In this document: one piece after another, positions 20,902 to 28,197 of the stretch
Layout of the letters: every line of letters starts with the position of its first letter
How positions within the stretch are numbered: the first letter of the stretch is position 1
Origin: an uncultured Fidelibacterota bacterium
GTDB lineage: Bacteria > Fidelibacterota > Marinisomatia > Marinisomatales > Marinisomataceae
Assembly (NCBI GenBank): GCA_902525615.1
Contig: CABZHT010000001.1
Span: 50,813-114,812, forward strand
Direction of reading: 5' to 3'
DNA length: 64,000 nucleotides
Notes under the pieces: generated by a model
What the model was told of the DNA's origin: nothing
The model's input: only the letters and a program-made list of their open reading frames with translations
Databases searched by the model: none
Position numbers and translations under genes: made by a program

Positions 20902-22550
20902 AGAGATAGCCTTAATTTAACTAAACCGGTACTTGTAAGTAATACCAAAAATTCATCAACTTGTTCCAATTCAAAAATATTTCTAATAAAAGAAAAATCA
21001 TAGAAATTGTTTAATTGCTCTTCAATTAAATTATAGATCGCTAAGCCGCCAGATGTTCCGATGTATAAATTATCATTTATGAGGATAATATCATTAACCT
21101 TATTGTTAAAGTATAAGCTTGAAGGAACAAATTTATTATCTCCTATGCTTAAAATTCCTTTTTCAGAAGAAAAAAATAAGGAGTTCTCGTTTCCATAAAT
21201 TCCATTCACTCTAAAATTATCGTTCACTAAAAATTCAAACTTTTCAACATTTACATTTTCTTCTTTATCAAAAACATAAACTCTTCCATTGAGAGATAAA
21301 TAAAGTTCATCATTAATCACATCTAAAAAATTAATTGATAAATTATTCCTTTTTATAAGATTTGAGATTTGGGAATTAATAATTTTCTTACTTTTTACAT
21401 CCAAAACAATCAAATCATTTTTTGAAGCTATATAAATTTTACCATCTAAATGTTCGATAAATTCAATTCTTTGTGAAGGTATACCCTTTTCATAACCTAA
21501 AGTTCTGAAAAAATCATTTCTTTTATTATAAACAACCACCTTTCCATCAGAACCAAACCATACTTCATTGTTAATTGTCTCGCTAGAATAAAAATCAGCA
21601 TTAAAAAATCCAGAGTAATTTGTTTCAAAAAAATTATTTATTTCACTAAAACTATTATCAATTGAAGAAATACCACTGACCTTGGTATTGTTAATGCCTC
21701 CTAACCATAAATCATTTTCGACTGAAACAGTTAATGGTACTGAAACTGCAATACCAACAGTTTTAGGAGTTATAGTTTTGCTAAAATCATCAACATAGAG
21801 TAATTGTCCATTTGATAATCCAATCCAACCAAATCCATTTTCAGTCATCAAAAATGAATTATAATCATGAAAAATACCATTATTATCAGCTGCAGAATCA
21901 TTTCCTAAAAGCCAGCCCCCCTCAATAAAATAGTCCTGAAATGAAAAATCTTTAGAAATAAATCTATTTTTAAAACTAATGTCACCCCAATTAATATTTT
22001 CTTCATCTGGATACGTAAAAAATCCAAGAAAAGACCCGCTTATTAGATCAAGCTTGATGAACCTCGAAGAGGTTTTTATCCATATGAAATTTTTAGAGGA
22101 TCCTAAATCTTTGATATTATTTAAAGAATTAATTGATAGCTTACTTAATTGAATTGTATTCCAGTTGCCTTCTTTATTATTAGAAAACTCTAATCCACTA
22201 TTTCCAATTATCCAAAGAATGCCAGTATTATTATCAAAATAAACGTGCTCAATTTTTTTTGATTTTATTCCCTGACCTAAAAAAAGACTTGCTTCAAATT
22301 TTCTTGAAAATTTATTATATCTCAATATACCGTTTGCATCAGTCGCAAAGTAAATATATTGATATCCTTCAGACATAGAATTTATGGATTTATTTTGTCC
22401 CATAATTTCCCAATCATACAAATCAAATCTTTGATCTATTTGTGCATGAAGAATATTTAAGAAAAAAATTAATTGTACAAAAAAAAATTTATTATTTTTT
22501 TCTTGAAAAGTTTTTCTTAATACCTTTTCTAATTTTTGAAATATGTCCAT
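20898..22550 (-). CDS. Secreted beta-propeller protein (two-component-regulator-propeller-like repeats)
   Basis: 550 aa. Hydrophobic N-terminal segment FFFVQLIFFLNILHAQ. Repeated motifs such as NTGILWIIGNSGLEF, NGFGWIGLSNGQLLYV, DGKIYIASKNDLIVLD and DNLYIGTSGGLAIYN. Confidence 0.55.
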   Translation of the reverse strand: MDIFQKLEKVLRKTFQEKNNKFFFVQLIFFLNILHAQIDQRFDLYDWEIMGQNKSINSMSEGYQYIYFATDANGILRYNKFSRKFEASLFLGQGIKSKKIEHVYFDNNTGILWIIGNSGLEFSNNKEGNWNTIQLSKLSINSLNNIKDLGSSKNFIWIKTSSRFIKLDLISGSFLGFFTYPDEENINWGDISFKNRFISKDFSFQDYFIEGGWLLGNDSAADNNGIFHDYNSFLMTENGFGWIGLSNGQLLYVDDFSKTITPKTVGIAVSVPLTVSVENDLWLGGINNTKVSGISSIDNSFSEINNFFETNYSGFFNADFYSSETINNEVWFGSDGKVVVYNKRNDFFRTLGYEKGIPSQRIEFIEHLDGKIYIASKNDLIVLDVKSKKIINSQISNLIKRNNLSINFLDVINDELYLSLNGRVYVFDKEENVNVEKFEFLVNDNFRVNGIYGNENSLFFSSEKGILSIGDNKFVPSSLYFNNKVNDIILINDNLYIGTSGGLAIYNLIEEQLNNFYDFSFIRNIFELEQVDEFLVLLTSTGLVKLRLSL

Positions 22551-23175
22551 TATCTAAGTAAAATATTACACTAGCAAATTGTTTTAAAAAATAATCACTA
22601 CTTGAAGAAAGCAAAACCGTTGTTCCAAGTATATTATTCATTTTAATAAGTTTTTTTCTAAGAATTATCTCTGATTTAGAATCAATTGACATACCATAAT
22701 CATCTATCAAAAGTACTCTAGGATCTTTTTCTACACCAATTACCGACTTTAACCAATGCTTTTCTCCATCAGAAATTAAATTAATGGGAGTCTTCCAAAC
22801 TTCCTCCAATTGAAAGCTGGTAAAATGTCTAGATCTTATTTGTTGAACTTTGTTCGGAAATTTTTTAGCGATGAATTGTTCGACGGTCAATGATGAATTC
22901 ACTGATTTAATATCAATATAACTAATATCTTTATGTTTTTTTATTTTTCCAAAAAAACTTTTTTTAAATTTATTTCCTTGATAAAGAACAGTACCGCTTG
23001 TTTCACTGATTTCTCCAGCTAAGACTTTTAATAAAGAAGTCTTGCCTGAGCCAAAATTTCCACAAATGCCGTAGATTAATCCATTGTGAAACTTTAAAGT
23101 TTTTATCTCTAAAGCTTTCTTAGTTTTAAACCTTAGCTTAAGGTTTTGAACATCATATATTTGTTTAAGTTTCAT
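22492..23175 (-). CDS. Degenerate ABC-type ATPase (no cognate permease nearby)
   Basis: 227 aa. Walker A GNFGSGKTS is present. The signature is degenerate (ISDGE instead of LSGGQ). Walker B is VLLIDD followed by Y, so there is no catalytic Glu. H-loop His is replaced (LLSSSSD). Confidence 0.65.
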   Translation of the reverse strand: MKLKQIYDVQNLKLRFKTKKALEIKTLKFHNGLIYGICGNFGSGKTSLLKVLAGEISETSGTVLYQGNKFKKSFFGKIKKHKDISYIDIKSVNSSLTVEQFIAKKFPNKVQQIRSRHFTSFQLEEVWKTPINLISDGEKHWLKSVIGVEKDPRVLLIDDYGMSIDSKSEIILRKKLIKMNNILGTTVLLSSSSDYFLKQFASVIFYLDNGHISKIRKGIKKNFSRKK

Positions 23176-23202
23176 AGTATCCTCCCAAAAAGGACAGCAA
23201 AA

Positions 23203-24141
23203 CTATTCGATATCTTCTAAATATTTTTCAGCATCTATAGCGGCCATACAACCAGATCCAGCAGCAGTAATAGCTTGTCGATAGTGATCATCCTGAACAT
23301 CTCCACATGCAAAAACTCCTGGAATATTTGTCAAAGAGGAATCAGATTTGGTAATAATGTATCCATTATCATCCAAATCAATTACTCCATCAAAAAGATC
23401 TGTATTAGGGTTGTGACCAATTCCATAAAAAACACCTTCACATTCAAAAGTAGTTTTTTCACCTGAAACAGTATCGTTAAGCACAATGCTTGAGACTCCT
23501 TCTTTTTGTGAACCATTTATAGAATCAATGCTTTTATTAACCATAATGTCAATAAGGGGATTATTTTTTGCTCTATCAAACATAATTTTTGAAGCTTTAA
23601 ATACTTCTCTTCTGTGAATGATAGTTACTTTTTTTGCAAATTTTGTGAGAAACAATGCTTCTTCCATTGCTGAATCACCACCTCCTACGACAACGATATT
23701 TTTATCTTTAAAGAAATATCCATCGCAAGTTGCGCAAGTGCTAATTCCATAACCCATAAGCTCTTCTTCTTCTTTTAATCCTAGCATTCTAGCAGAAGCT
23801 CCAGTAGAAATAATAACAGTTTCTGATAGAAATTCTTCATCTCCAACATAAACTTTGTAGGGTTTTGAACTAAAATCTACTTTAGTAACATGCTTAAAAA
23901 AACATTCAGCTCCAAATCTCTTTGCTTGATCTCTAAATAAGTCCATTATCTCAGGACCCATCACACCATTAGGAAATCCAGGAAAATTTTCAACATCTGT
24001 GGTAATTGTCAATTGTCCACCAGGCTGATTTCCTTCAAAGACAATAGGCTTCAAATTTGCTCTCCCAGCATAGATAGCTGCAGTCAGTCCGGCAGGACCC
24101 GAACCAATAATGATTGTATTTTGAATAGTTTTATCTGTCAT
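23203..24141 (-). CDS. trxB: Thioredoxin-disulfide reductase
   Basis: 312 aa. FAD motif GSGPAG, redox-active CATC, NADPH motif GGGDSAMEEA. Confidence 0.95.
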   Translation of the reverse strand: MTDKTIQNTIIIGSGPAGLTAAIYAGRANLKPIVFEGNQPGGQLTITTDVENFPGFPNGVMGPEIMDLFRDQAKRFGAECFFKHVTKVDFSSKPYKVYVGDEEFLSETVIISTGASARMLGLKEEEELMGYGISTCATCDGYFFKDKNIVVVGGGDSAMEEALFLTKFAKKVTIIHRREVFKASKIMFDRAKNNPLIDIMVNKSIDSINGSQKEGVSSIVLNDTVSGEKTTFECEGVFYGIGHNPNTDLFDGVIDLDDNGYIITKSDSSLTNIPGVFACGDVQDDHYRQAITAAGSGCMAAIDAEKYLEDIE

Positions 24142-24154
24142 CTAATTAATATTG

Positions 24155-24484
24155 TTAACTAATGATTTGGTTAACATTATCAATTAATGTCTGTTCAGAC
24201 TGTAAACCAACCTCTTGTTTAATAATCTCGCCGTTGCTAAAAAATAAAAGGGTTGGAATGCTTCTTATGCCGTATTTTACGGGCGTTTGCTTAACTTCAT
24301 CGACATTTACCTTACCTACCACTACTTTATCGCCAAATTGGTCGCAAATTTTATCTAAAATTGGTGCTATAGCTTTACAAGGACCGCACCACTCAGCCCA
24401 AAAATCAACAATTACAAGCTTGTCAGAATTGATAACAAGCTTTTCAAAGTTTTCATCAGTAATTTTTACAGTTTTATTAGACAT
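24155..24484 (-). CDS. trxA: Thioredoxin
   Basis: 109 aa. WCGPC active site. Confidence 0.95.
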   Translation of the reverse strand: MSNKTVKITDENFEKLVINSDKLVIVDFWAEWCGPCKAIAPILDKICDQFGDKVVVGKVNVDEVKQTPVKYGIRSIPTLLFFSNGEIIKQEVGLQSEQTLIDNVNQIIS

Positions 24485-24560
24485 AAATTTTCCAAATCAT
24501 TTAATAATAAACTTCTGAATTTATATGATTTATTTTAATTGAGTAACAAAAAAATAATAT

Positions 24561-25772
24561 CTAAGAGATAACCTTAAGGAATCTTCTCTTACCAACCTTA
24601 ATAACAAGCTCTTCATTCGATGGAGAAACAATGAAGTTGACATCATTACAAACTTCACCATTAATTTTTACAGCATTTTGGCTTAACAGCCTTTTACCCT
24701 CCCCCTTGCTAGCTAATAAACCCTCTTCTGTTAAAAGCTCAAGCAACCCAATATCAGAATCTATTTTAAGACTTTGCATATTTTCAGGATTATCTCTTTT
24801 AACAAATATTTGATCAAAAGAACTTTGAGCTAAATCAGCTTTTTCTTTAGAATAATATTTTTTAACTAACTCTTTCGCTAAACTTCTTTTTATATCTCTA
24901 GGATTATTAGCATCATCCTTAAGAAGTAATTTTACTTTATTAATTTTTTCTCTTTCTGCAAAGACGGCAAGTTTATAATATTTTAAAATCATTGAGTCAT
25001 TGATTGACATAATTTTTCCATACATATCCTCTGGAGAATCATCTAAAGCTATATAATTATCATAAGATTTAGACATTTTTTCTACTCCGTCAGTCCCTTC
25101 TAACAATGGAAGCGTAATTATTGACTGAGGGTCTTGACCATACTCTCTCTGAATATCTCTTCCAACAAGTAAATTGAATTTTTGATCAGTTCCTCCAAGC
25201 TCTACATCAGCATTGATTTCAACAGAGTCCATTGCTTGTGCTAAAGGATATAAAAATTCATGCATAGATATAGCAGTTTCTGATTCAAATCTTTTAGTAA
25301 AATCGTCTCTTTCAATCATACGAGCAACTGTATATTTGCTGCTCAATTTAATAACGTCTTCAAAGTTCATTTTATTAAGCCAAGTGCTATTAAATATTAC
25401 CTTAAGATTATTTACATCAAGTAATACTTTAGATTGTTCAATATATGATTCTGCATTAATTTTTGCTTCTTCTAAAGTAAGCTGAGGACGTGTCTTATTA
25501 CGCTCAGACGGGTCACCAATCATAGCTGTAAAGTCTCCAATTACTAAAACTGCTTGATGGCCTAAATCTTGAAAGTCTCTTAATTTTTGTAATACCACCC
25601 CATGCCCAATATGGAGGTCAGATCTACTTGGATCACAACCAAGCTTAACTGTTAAAGGCTTATTGTCAGATATTGATTTTTCAAGCTTTTTTCGCAAGTC
25701 ATTCAGAGGAATTACCTCTTCAGTTCCTCGAGATATAAGCTCTAGCTGTTCATCTACAGGTAAAAAAGCCAT
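24561..25772 (-). CDS. tyrS: Tyrosine--tRNA ligase
   Basis: 403 aa. HIGH-type motif (DLHIGHG), KMSKS, C-terminal S4-like domain. Confidence 0.95.
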   Translation of the reverse strand: MAFLPVDEQLELISRGTEEVIPLNDLRKKLEKSISDNKPLTVKLGCDPSRSDLHIGHGVVLQKLRDFQDLGHQAVLVIGDFTAMIGDPSERNKTRPQLTLEEAKINAESYIEQSKVLLDVNNLKVIFNSTWLNKMNFEDVIKLSSKYTVARMIERDDFTKRFESETAISMHEFLYPLAQAMDSVEINADVELGGTDQKFNLLVGRDIQREYGQDPQSIITLPLLEGTDGVEKMSKSYDNYIALDDSPEDMYGKIMSINDSMILKYYKLAVFAEREKINKVKLLLKDDANNPRDIKRSLAKELVKKYYSKEKADLAQSSFDQIFVKRDNPENMQSLKIDSDIGLLELLTEEGLLASKGEGKRLLSQNAVKINGEVCNDVNFIVSPSNEELVIKVGKRRFLKVIS

Positions 25773-26227
25773 TATCTTTCTCTCATCTCTCTTTTTGCCT
25801 CTCTATCAAGATCTTTTATTTTTAAAGATTCTTTTTTCTGATACATTTTTTTTCCTCTAGCGGTAGCAAATTCTATTTTTGCAATCCCCCTCCTAAAGTA
25901 TGCTTTTAAAGGTACAATAGTAAGACCTTTCTGAGCAACAACATTCTTTAACTTGATTATTTCTTTTTTATGAAGAAGCAGCTCTTTATCTCTCGTTGGT
26001 TCATGTCCTCTAACTCCAGTATGTGAATAGGGGCTTATATGAGCATTCACTAAGTAGAAGCGATTCTTTTTTAGTGTAACAAAACTGTCTTTAAGGTTTA
26101 GTTTTTTTTCCCTTAAACTTTTGACTTCGCTTCCTAAAAGAATCATACCAGATTCGTATTTATCAATTATGGTATAGCTATGAAATGCTTTACGATTATT
26201 ACTAATTATTTCAATTTTTTCTTGCAT
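25772..26227 (-). CDS. smpB: SsrA-binding protein
   Basis: 151 aa. Typical SmpB N-terminus NRKAFHSYTI and a basic C-terminal tail. Confidence 0.95.
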   Translation of the reverse strand: MQEKIEIISNNRKAFHSYTIIDKYESGMILLGSEVKSLREKKLNLKDSFVTLKKNRFYLVNAHISPYSHTGVRGHEPTRDKELLLHKKEIIKLKNVVAQKGLTIVPLKAYFRRGIAKIEFATARGKKMYQKKESLKIKDLDREAKREMRER

Positions 26228-26239
26228 AAAAAAAAGTTT

Positions 26240-26349
26240 TTAACAAAACATATAATTACTGTAAGTTAACATATTTATGTATTTAAAAAGTTATTAACAA
26301 AGTGTGTATAATTAATGTGTGTTATATTACTATATTGTTTATATTAACA
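26240..26349 (+). repeat. Four direct copies of TTAACA in the smpB / integrase-fragment divergent intergenic region
   Basis: TTAACA at 26240, 26266, 26294 and 26344 (spacing 26, 28, 50 nt) within 146 bp. My rough composition-based expectation is about 0.1 copies. Confidence 0.3.
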
Positions 26350-26373
26350 TTAAATTAAGTATAATTTTTAATT

Positions 26374-26856
26374 ATGAGTAGTATATATAAACGAAAAAGA
26401 AATGGTAAAGAAGATGGATATGTAATGTATTCTACATATGCATTTGATCCATTAAAAAATAAAAAAAGGTACTACAATATTACTATTGGAAAGCTTGGCC
26501 CTACCCTTTCATGGAATGATTGTAAAAAACAAAAAAAAGAATTAGATAGAATGTTTAAAGCAAAAGAAGGCGGCAAAAAAGAAATGAACCTAAAAACTGC
26601 TATTGAAACTTATATTGCTTTTAAATCATCTAAAAATAAGTTATTGAAGCTTAGTTCAAAAAAATTAACGATTTATCACCTTAATAAGTTTAATACCACT
26701 ATATCTAAAAGATATGGAGCAGGAATTACGATTAAATATATAGATATTAAAATTTTAGCATGGTATTATGCACTAAGAACTAAAGAGTTAAAACGAAGCT
26801 CTATGGAGGTTCATAGAAGAATTATTGATTCATTCTTTGAATGGACAAAGAATTGA
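26374..26856 (+). pseudogene. Truncated tyrosine-recombinase (phage integrase) fragment: N-terminal arm/core-binding (SAM-like) region only
   Basis: 160 aa. ...LKTAIETYIAFKSSKNKLLKLSSKKLTIYHLNKFNTTI...SMEVHRRIIDSFFEWTKN resembles the Phage_int_SAM core-binding fold. No catalytic R..HxxR..Y domain. Its stop codon's last base is the discriminator base of tRNA-Gly. Confidence 0.5.
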
Positions 26857-26928
26857 GCGAGTGACGCGATTCGAACGCGCGACCCCAACCTTGGCAAGGT
26901 TGTGCTCTACCAGCTGAGCTACACTCGC
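26856..26928 (-). tRNA. tRNA-Gly (anticodon GCC)
   Basis: Manual cloverleaf: acceptor GCGAGTG/CACTCGC, D arm GCTC..GAGC, anticodon stem CAACC/GGTTG with loop TTGCCAA, T arm GCGCG-TTCGAAT-CGCGT, U73. CCA is not encoded. Confidence 0.95.
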
Positions 26929-26981
26929 ATAACATGTCATAATAAAACAATTTTAAATTATAAAAAAGAAAAAAAATAAAG

Positions 26982-28115
26982 TTAGTTTTTGAGGGAAAAA
27001 TCTGCTTTGTCTGCAATATCTTGAATGAACGCAGCAACATCTTTATCATCTGGTATTGTCAGAGAAAGTGGAATGCTAAAAAACATACTTCTATTTTGAT
27101 ATCCAGCTAAAGAAATACCAAGCTCAGTAGCCTCTTTCTGGTATTTTTCAATTAGTGAAAGGACATTAGGTTGGTTTGCATATAACTCTTCTAGTCTAAT
27201 TGACGGATTTTTGGCTTGTAATCGGTTTAGGCGATAATCTATCTCCTGAAGACGATTAAAAGGCGCAGAAACATCAATTATAGCCTTATTTTGTGCTTTT
27301 ATTCGAATATCTAATATACTTAAATGCTTTCCTTGAATGCCTCCACCATATACAAGAGCTCCAGAACCTGATTGTTTTGTTCTTGGTTCGGTTCTTTTAG
27401 TTGAACCGCTCACAAAAATATAATTGGCACCAGGAAAAGAATTTGATAGTGGAAGAAATGAAAGAGAAACATCTCGGATGTTTGTATTTTGTTTTTTATC
27501 AACCAACAAAATAATTATATCAACTTTATCTTTAAGTTCACTGATAAGTCTGTTACCCTCTTGAATATAATTCTTGTTTACCATGGAATTTGATCTTGCT
27601 GATTCACTCAAACCAATGAAAGCTATTTTTGCTCCATTCTTCTCCAAAATATGATAAGGTTTAAATAATAGTTTATTAGAAGATTTGTCATAAAGGTTTG
27701 CAGAAATGAAATTAACCGAAGAATCTTTGGTGATATCAATTAAAAAGTCAACTCCACCTTTGAAGTCATTGGAACCAATATTCACAATGTCGTGACCTAA
27801 AAATTCCAAAGTCTTAACAAAATTTCTAGCTTTAAATCTTTTATTTTCAAGAGATAAGTTATCAGGATTTATTTGATTGCTATCAAAAAGAGCATTTCCT
27901 GCATCAATTAAAAATGAATCTCTTCCAGGCATCATATTTTTCAAGAAAAATGTTTTTCTTGCTAAACCGCCAAGAGGATTTTTGGGACATCCGCAATCAT
28001 AGTATTCTGAAAAAACATTAGAAGTTGATACAATTGAAATATCTAAAAAATTTTCTTTTGATGCATCTTGACCAAGAATTATTGTAAAAAATAAAATATA
28101 TACTAGCTTCTTCAT
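26982..28115 (-). CDS. Secreted calcineurin-like phosphoesterase / 5'-nucleotidase-like protein with degenerate metal-binding motifs
   Basis: 377 aa with signal peptide. The layout parallels 5'-nucleotidase N-domain motifs, but DxH is replaced (IVSTSNVFSE), GD becomes GN (DAGNALF) and GNHE becomes GSND (NIGSNDF). It retains the ..CGCPKNPLGGLARK.. block. Confidence 0.4.
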   Translation of the reverse strand: MKKLVYILFFTIILGQDASKENFLDISIVSTSNVFSEYYDCGCPKNPLGGLARKTFFLKNMMPGRDSFLIDAGNALFDSNQINPDNLSLENKRFKARNFVKTLEFLGHDIVNIGSNDFKGGVDFLIDITKDSSVNFISANLYDKSSNKLLFKPYHILEKNGAKIAFIGLSESARSNSMVNKNYIQEGNRLISELKDKVDIIILLVDKKQNTNIRDVSLSFLPLSNSFPGANYIFVSGSTKRTEPRTKQSGSGALVYGGGIQGKHLSILDIRIKAQNKAIIDVSAPFNRLQEIDYRLNRLQAKNPSIRLEELYANQPNVLSLIEKYQKEATELGISLAGYQNRSMFFSIPLSLTIPDDKDVAAFIQDIADKADFSLKN

Positions 28116-28197
28116 TTAATTTCTCTATTATTATTAATTTACTTAATTAAAAACATATAAGTAATGATTCAGATTTAAGCTAAAAGTAAATTGCATG

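Noticed and set aside
24162-24518. 118-aa plus-strand ORF, longer than the trxA ORF it overlaps.
   Set aside because: The minus-strand product has the WCGPC thioredoxin site and full-length similarity. The plus-strand ORF is an antisense artefact of AT-rich codon usage.
25700-26227. Looked for a T-box leader upstream of tyrS.
   Set aside because: The tyrS start overlaps the smpB stop (25772), so there is no untranslated leader.
26228-26373. Looked for a tmRNA (ssrA) gene next to smpB.
   Set aside because: The region is uniformly AT-rich. It has no tRNA-like GC-rich acceptor/T-arm and no tag reading frame. No ssrA lies in this window.
26822-27049. 75-aa minus-strand ORF spanning tRNA-Gly.
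   Set aside because: It reads through a tRNA gene (the ..SSAGRAQPCQGWGRAFESR.. stretch is the translated tRNA). Spurious.
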